DNA of 32,000 nt. It comes from Halomicrobium mukohataei DSM 12286. GTDB taxonomy: Archaea > Halobacteriota > Halobacteria > Halobacteriales > Haloarculaceae. The stretch spans positions 1,440,001 through 1,472,000 of the forward strand of contig NC_013202.1 of the NCBI RefSeq assembly GCF_000023965.1, given 5' to 3'. Both the position numbers and the translations under genes were made by a program. Positions 30,526 to 32,000 of this stretch are shown here, in pieces. The notes beneath the pieces are model-generated. The model did no database searches and was not told the origin of the DNA. It was given only the letters and a program-made list of their open reading frames with translations. Position 1 is the stretch's first letter, and every line of letters starts with the position of its first letter.

Positions 30526-32000
30526 TCAGTCGCCGTCGACACCCGAGACGCTGTACAGGCCGGCGTCCTCGCCGGGGGACGCGCTCGTCACGAGCGAGAC
30601 GCCGACGGTCAGGACCAGTCCCAGCGCCATGCAGACGACGCTGGCCGACCAGCCACCGAGGTAGCTGCCGGGCACGAACGGGAGGAAGACGCTGGCGAGG
30701 TAGAACAGCTGCGAGCCGCCGACGCCGGCGTACATCCCCCAGCGGGTCGTCCGGGGCCAGTACAGCGCGACGATGACGGGCAGGGCCAGCTGGGCGAAGC
30801 CGCCGAACGCGGTGTCGCCGATCTGGACGAGCGTTCCCGGCGCGTAGAGGCTGGCGACGAACGAGACCGTCGCGAAGACGACCACGCCAGCGCGGGCGAG
30901 CAGCGTCTCGCGGTCGCGGTCGGAGTGAAGCGTGCGACCGACGGAGACGGCGACTGCGAGCAGGGATCGGCGGACGCGGTTCACCAGCGACGCGCGGTCC
31001 GGCAGCGTCGGCTCCTCCTCGGCGAGGTCGGTCACCGGTCGGTAGAGGTCGCGAGTGAGGTAGGAGGCGCCCGAGAGCAGCATCGAGTCGCTGGAGGACA
31101 TCATGGCGGCCAGCGCCGCGGCGACGACGGCCGCCGTGAACCACCCGGCGGTGTACTCGTTGAGCACCGCCGGGATCACGTTGCCGTTCTCCGGAACGGT
31201 GACGCCCAGGCCGGCGGCCCACGCGCCGAGCATGAACGCGGGGACGAACAGCAGGACCACCAGTACGGGCCACAGCGCCAGCGTCCGCTTGAGCACTTTC
31301 TGGGAGCGAGCGACGAAGAAGCGCTGGTTGATCTGGGGGAACATCGTCACGCCGAAGGCGATGGAAATCGCCGTCGAGAGGACGTACTCCGGCGTGTACA
31401 GCCCGCCGCCCAGTGCGAGGAACTCGGGGTTGGTCTCGGCCAGTCGGTCCGTCGCCGCCGCCGGGCCGCCGACCGCCGAGAGGATCCAGGCGACGGCCGC
31501 CCAGATCAGCCCGAGCATGACGATCCCCTGGAGCGTGTCGGTCCAGGCGACCCCGCGCATCCCCGAGACGGCGACGTAGACGATCATAAAGAGCGTGATG
31601 CCGCCGGCACCGACCCAGAACGGGACCGCGCCGTCGGTCAGTCCGACGACCGCCTGGCCGGCACCCTTCTGCTGGAGCATCACGTAGGGAAAGAGCCAGA
31701 AGAGACTGATCGCCGCCACGAGCCCGCGGAGGAGACGCGAGCCGAAGCGATCGCCCAGCATCTCCCCGAGCGTGACGTAGCCGTGGCGCTGGCCGACGAG
31801 CCACTGCTTGTACCCCAGCACGTACCAGAGGACGGCGAAGATGATCCCGTCCATCAGCCCCATCACCAGCAGCCACTCGGGTCCCTGCGCGAAGGTGAGG
31901 TTCGGGCCGCCAAAGAAGGTAAAGGCCGACAGCAGCGTCGCGAACGTCGTGAACAGGAGTACGACCGTGCCGAATGTCCGGCTGGCGAGGTAGTAGTCTT
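30526..32000 (-). CDS. Sodium:solute symporter family (SSF) transporter, 5' end outside window
   Basis: The reading frame stays open upstream of the listed GTG 31866 to the window edge ('..DYYLASRTFGTVVLLFTTFATLLSAFTFFGGPNLTFAQGPEWLLVMGLMDG..'), which is the canonical SSF N-terminus. At least 12 TM segments. Confidence 0.9.
   Translation of the reverse strand, partial: DYYLASRTFGTVVLLFTTFATLLSAFTFFGGPNLTFAQGPEWLLVMGLMDGIIFAVLWYVLGYKQWLVGQRHGYVTLGEMLGDRFGSRLLRGLVAAISLFWLFPYVMLQQKGAGQAVVGLTDGAVPFWVGAGGITLFMIVYVAVSGMRGVAWTDTLQGIVMLGLIWAAVAWILSAVGGPAAATDRLAETNPEFLALGGGLYTPEYVLSTAISIAFGVTMFPQINQRFFVARSQKVLKRTLALWPVLVVLLFVPAFMLGAWAAGLGVTVPENGNVIPAVLNEYTAGWFTAAVVAAALAAMMSSSDSMLLSGASYLTRDLYRPVTDLAEEEPTLPDRASLVNRVRRSLLAVAVSVGRTLHSDRDRETLLARAGVVVFATVSFVASLYAPGTLVQIGDTAFGGFAQLALPVIVALYWPRTTRWGMYAGVGGSQLFYLASVFLPFVPGSYLGGWSASVVCMALGLVLTVGVSLVTSASPGEDAGLYSVSGVDGD

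Noticed and set aside
30233-31876. 547-aa minus-strand ORF in an alternative frame of the symporter gene, running through elements A3 and C
   Set aside because: R/G/P/A-rich. The SSF frame (30526..>32000) has the expected 12+ TM pattern. The alternative frame would read through two palindromic repeats.

Overview
This is a high-GC window encoding acidic (D/E-rich) proteins, typical of a haloarchaeal (class Halobacteria) chromosome. Many gene pairs have ATGA/GTGA start-stop overlaps, and AT-rich TATA-like boxes sit about 25-30 nt upstream of start codons, consistent with leaderless mRNAs. I support 30 protein-coding genes. Housekeeping and metabolic genes: valS, a MiaB-like tRNA methylthiotransferase, deoC, a uridine/nucleoside phosphorylase and an SDR oxidoreductase. 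Transport genes: a CDF transporter, a MacB-type ABC pair with a four-domain surface protein, a DMT/EamA transporter, a sodium:solute symporter, and a K+ channel with two TrkA-C membrane proteins. Regulatory genes: a PAS histidine kinase, an ArsR-like wHTH, a DUF1724/FilR1-like wHTH and a Csa3/CARF-like wHTH. There are also several membrane or secreted proteins of unknown function. I found no rRNA, tRNA, CRISPR array, cas gene, transposase, integrase or recognisable multi-gene defence system. The most unusual signal is non-coding: a set of 78-80 nt two-tier hairpin elements. Family A has three same-orientation copies at 11601, 29111 and 30366. Element C (30448) is a distinct single copy inserted in tandem with A copy 3. 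Element B (8622) is related in architecture. Three of the four A/C insertions are flanked by perfect 3-bp direct repeats of the form TNA that differ between copies (the fourth has one mismatch); two of these repeats coincide with stop codons of real genes. The three A copies also show structure-preserving substitutions in the inner stem. I read these as non-autonomous (MITE-like) elements that insert at TNA sites at gene 3' ends, with no cognate transposase in the window. Secondary points: a K+ channel lacking an RCK_C lobe sits next to two membrane-anchored RCK_C paralogs, one with a roughly 240-aa hyperacidic tail. There is an orphan Csa3/CARF-like regulator. Two segments are compositionally foreign (the M48 peptidase gene and the 3' half of a beta-helix-like secreted protein gene). 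A 412-bp convergent intergenic region has a promoter-like core but no gene. I cannot claim a clear new multi-gene system from sequence alone.
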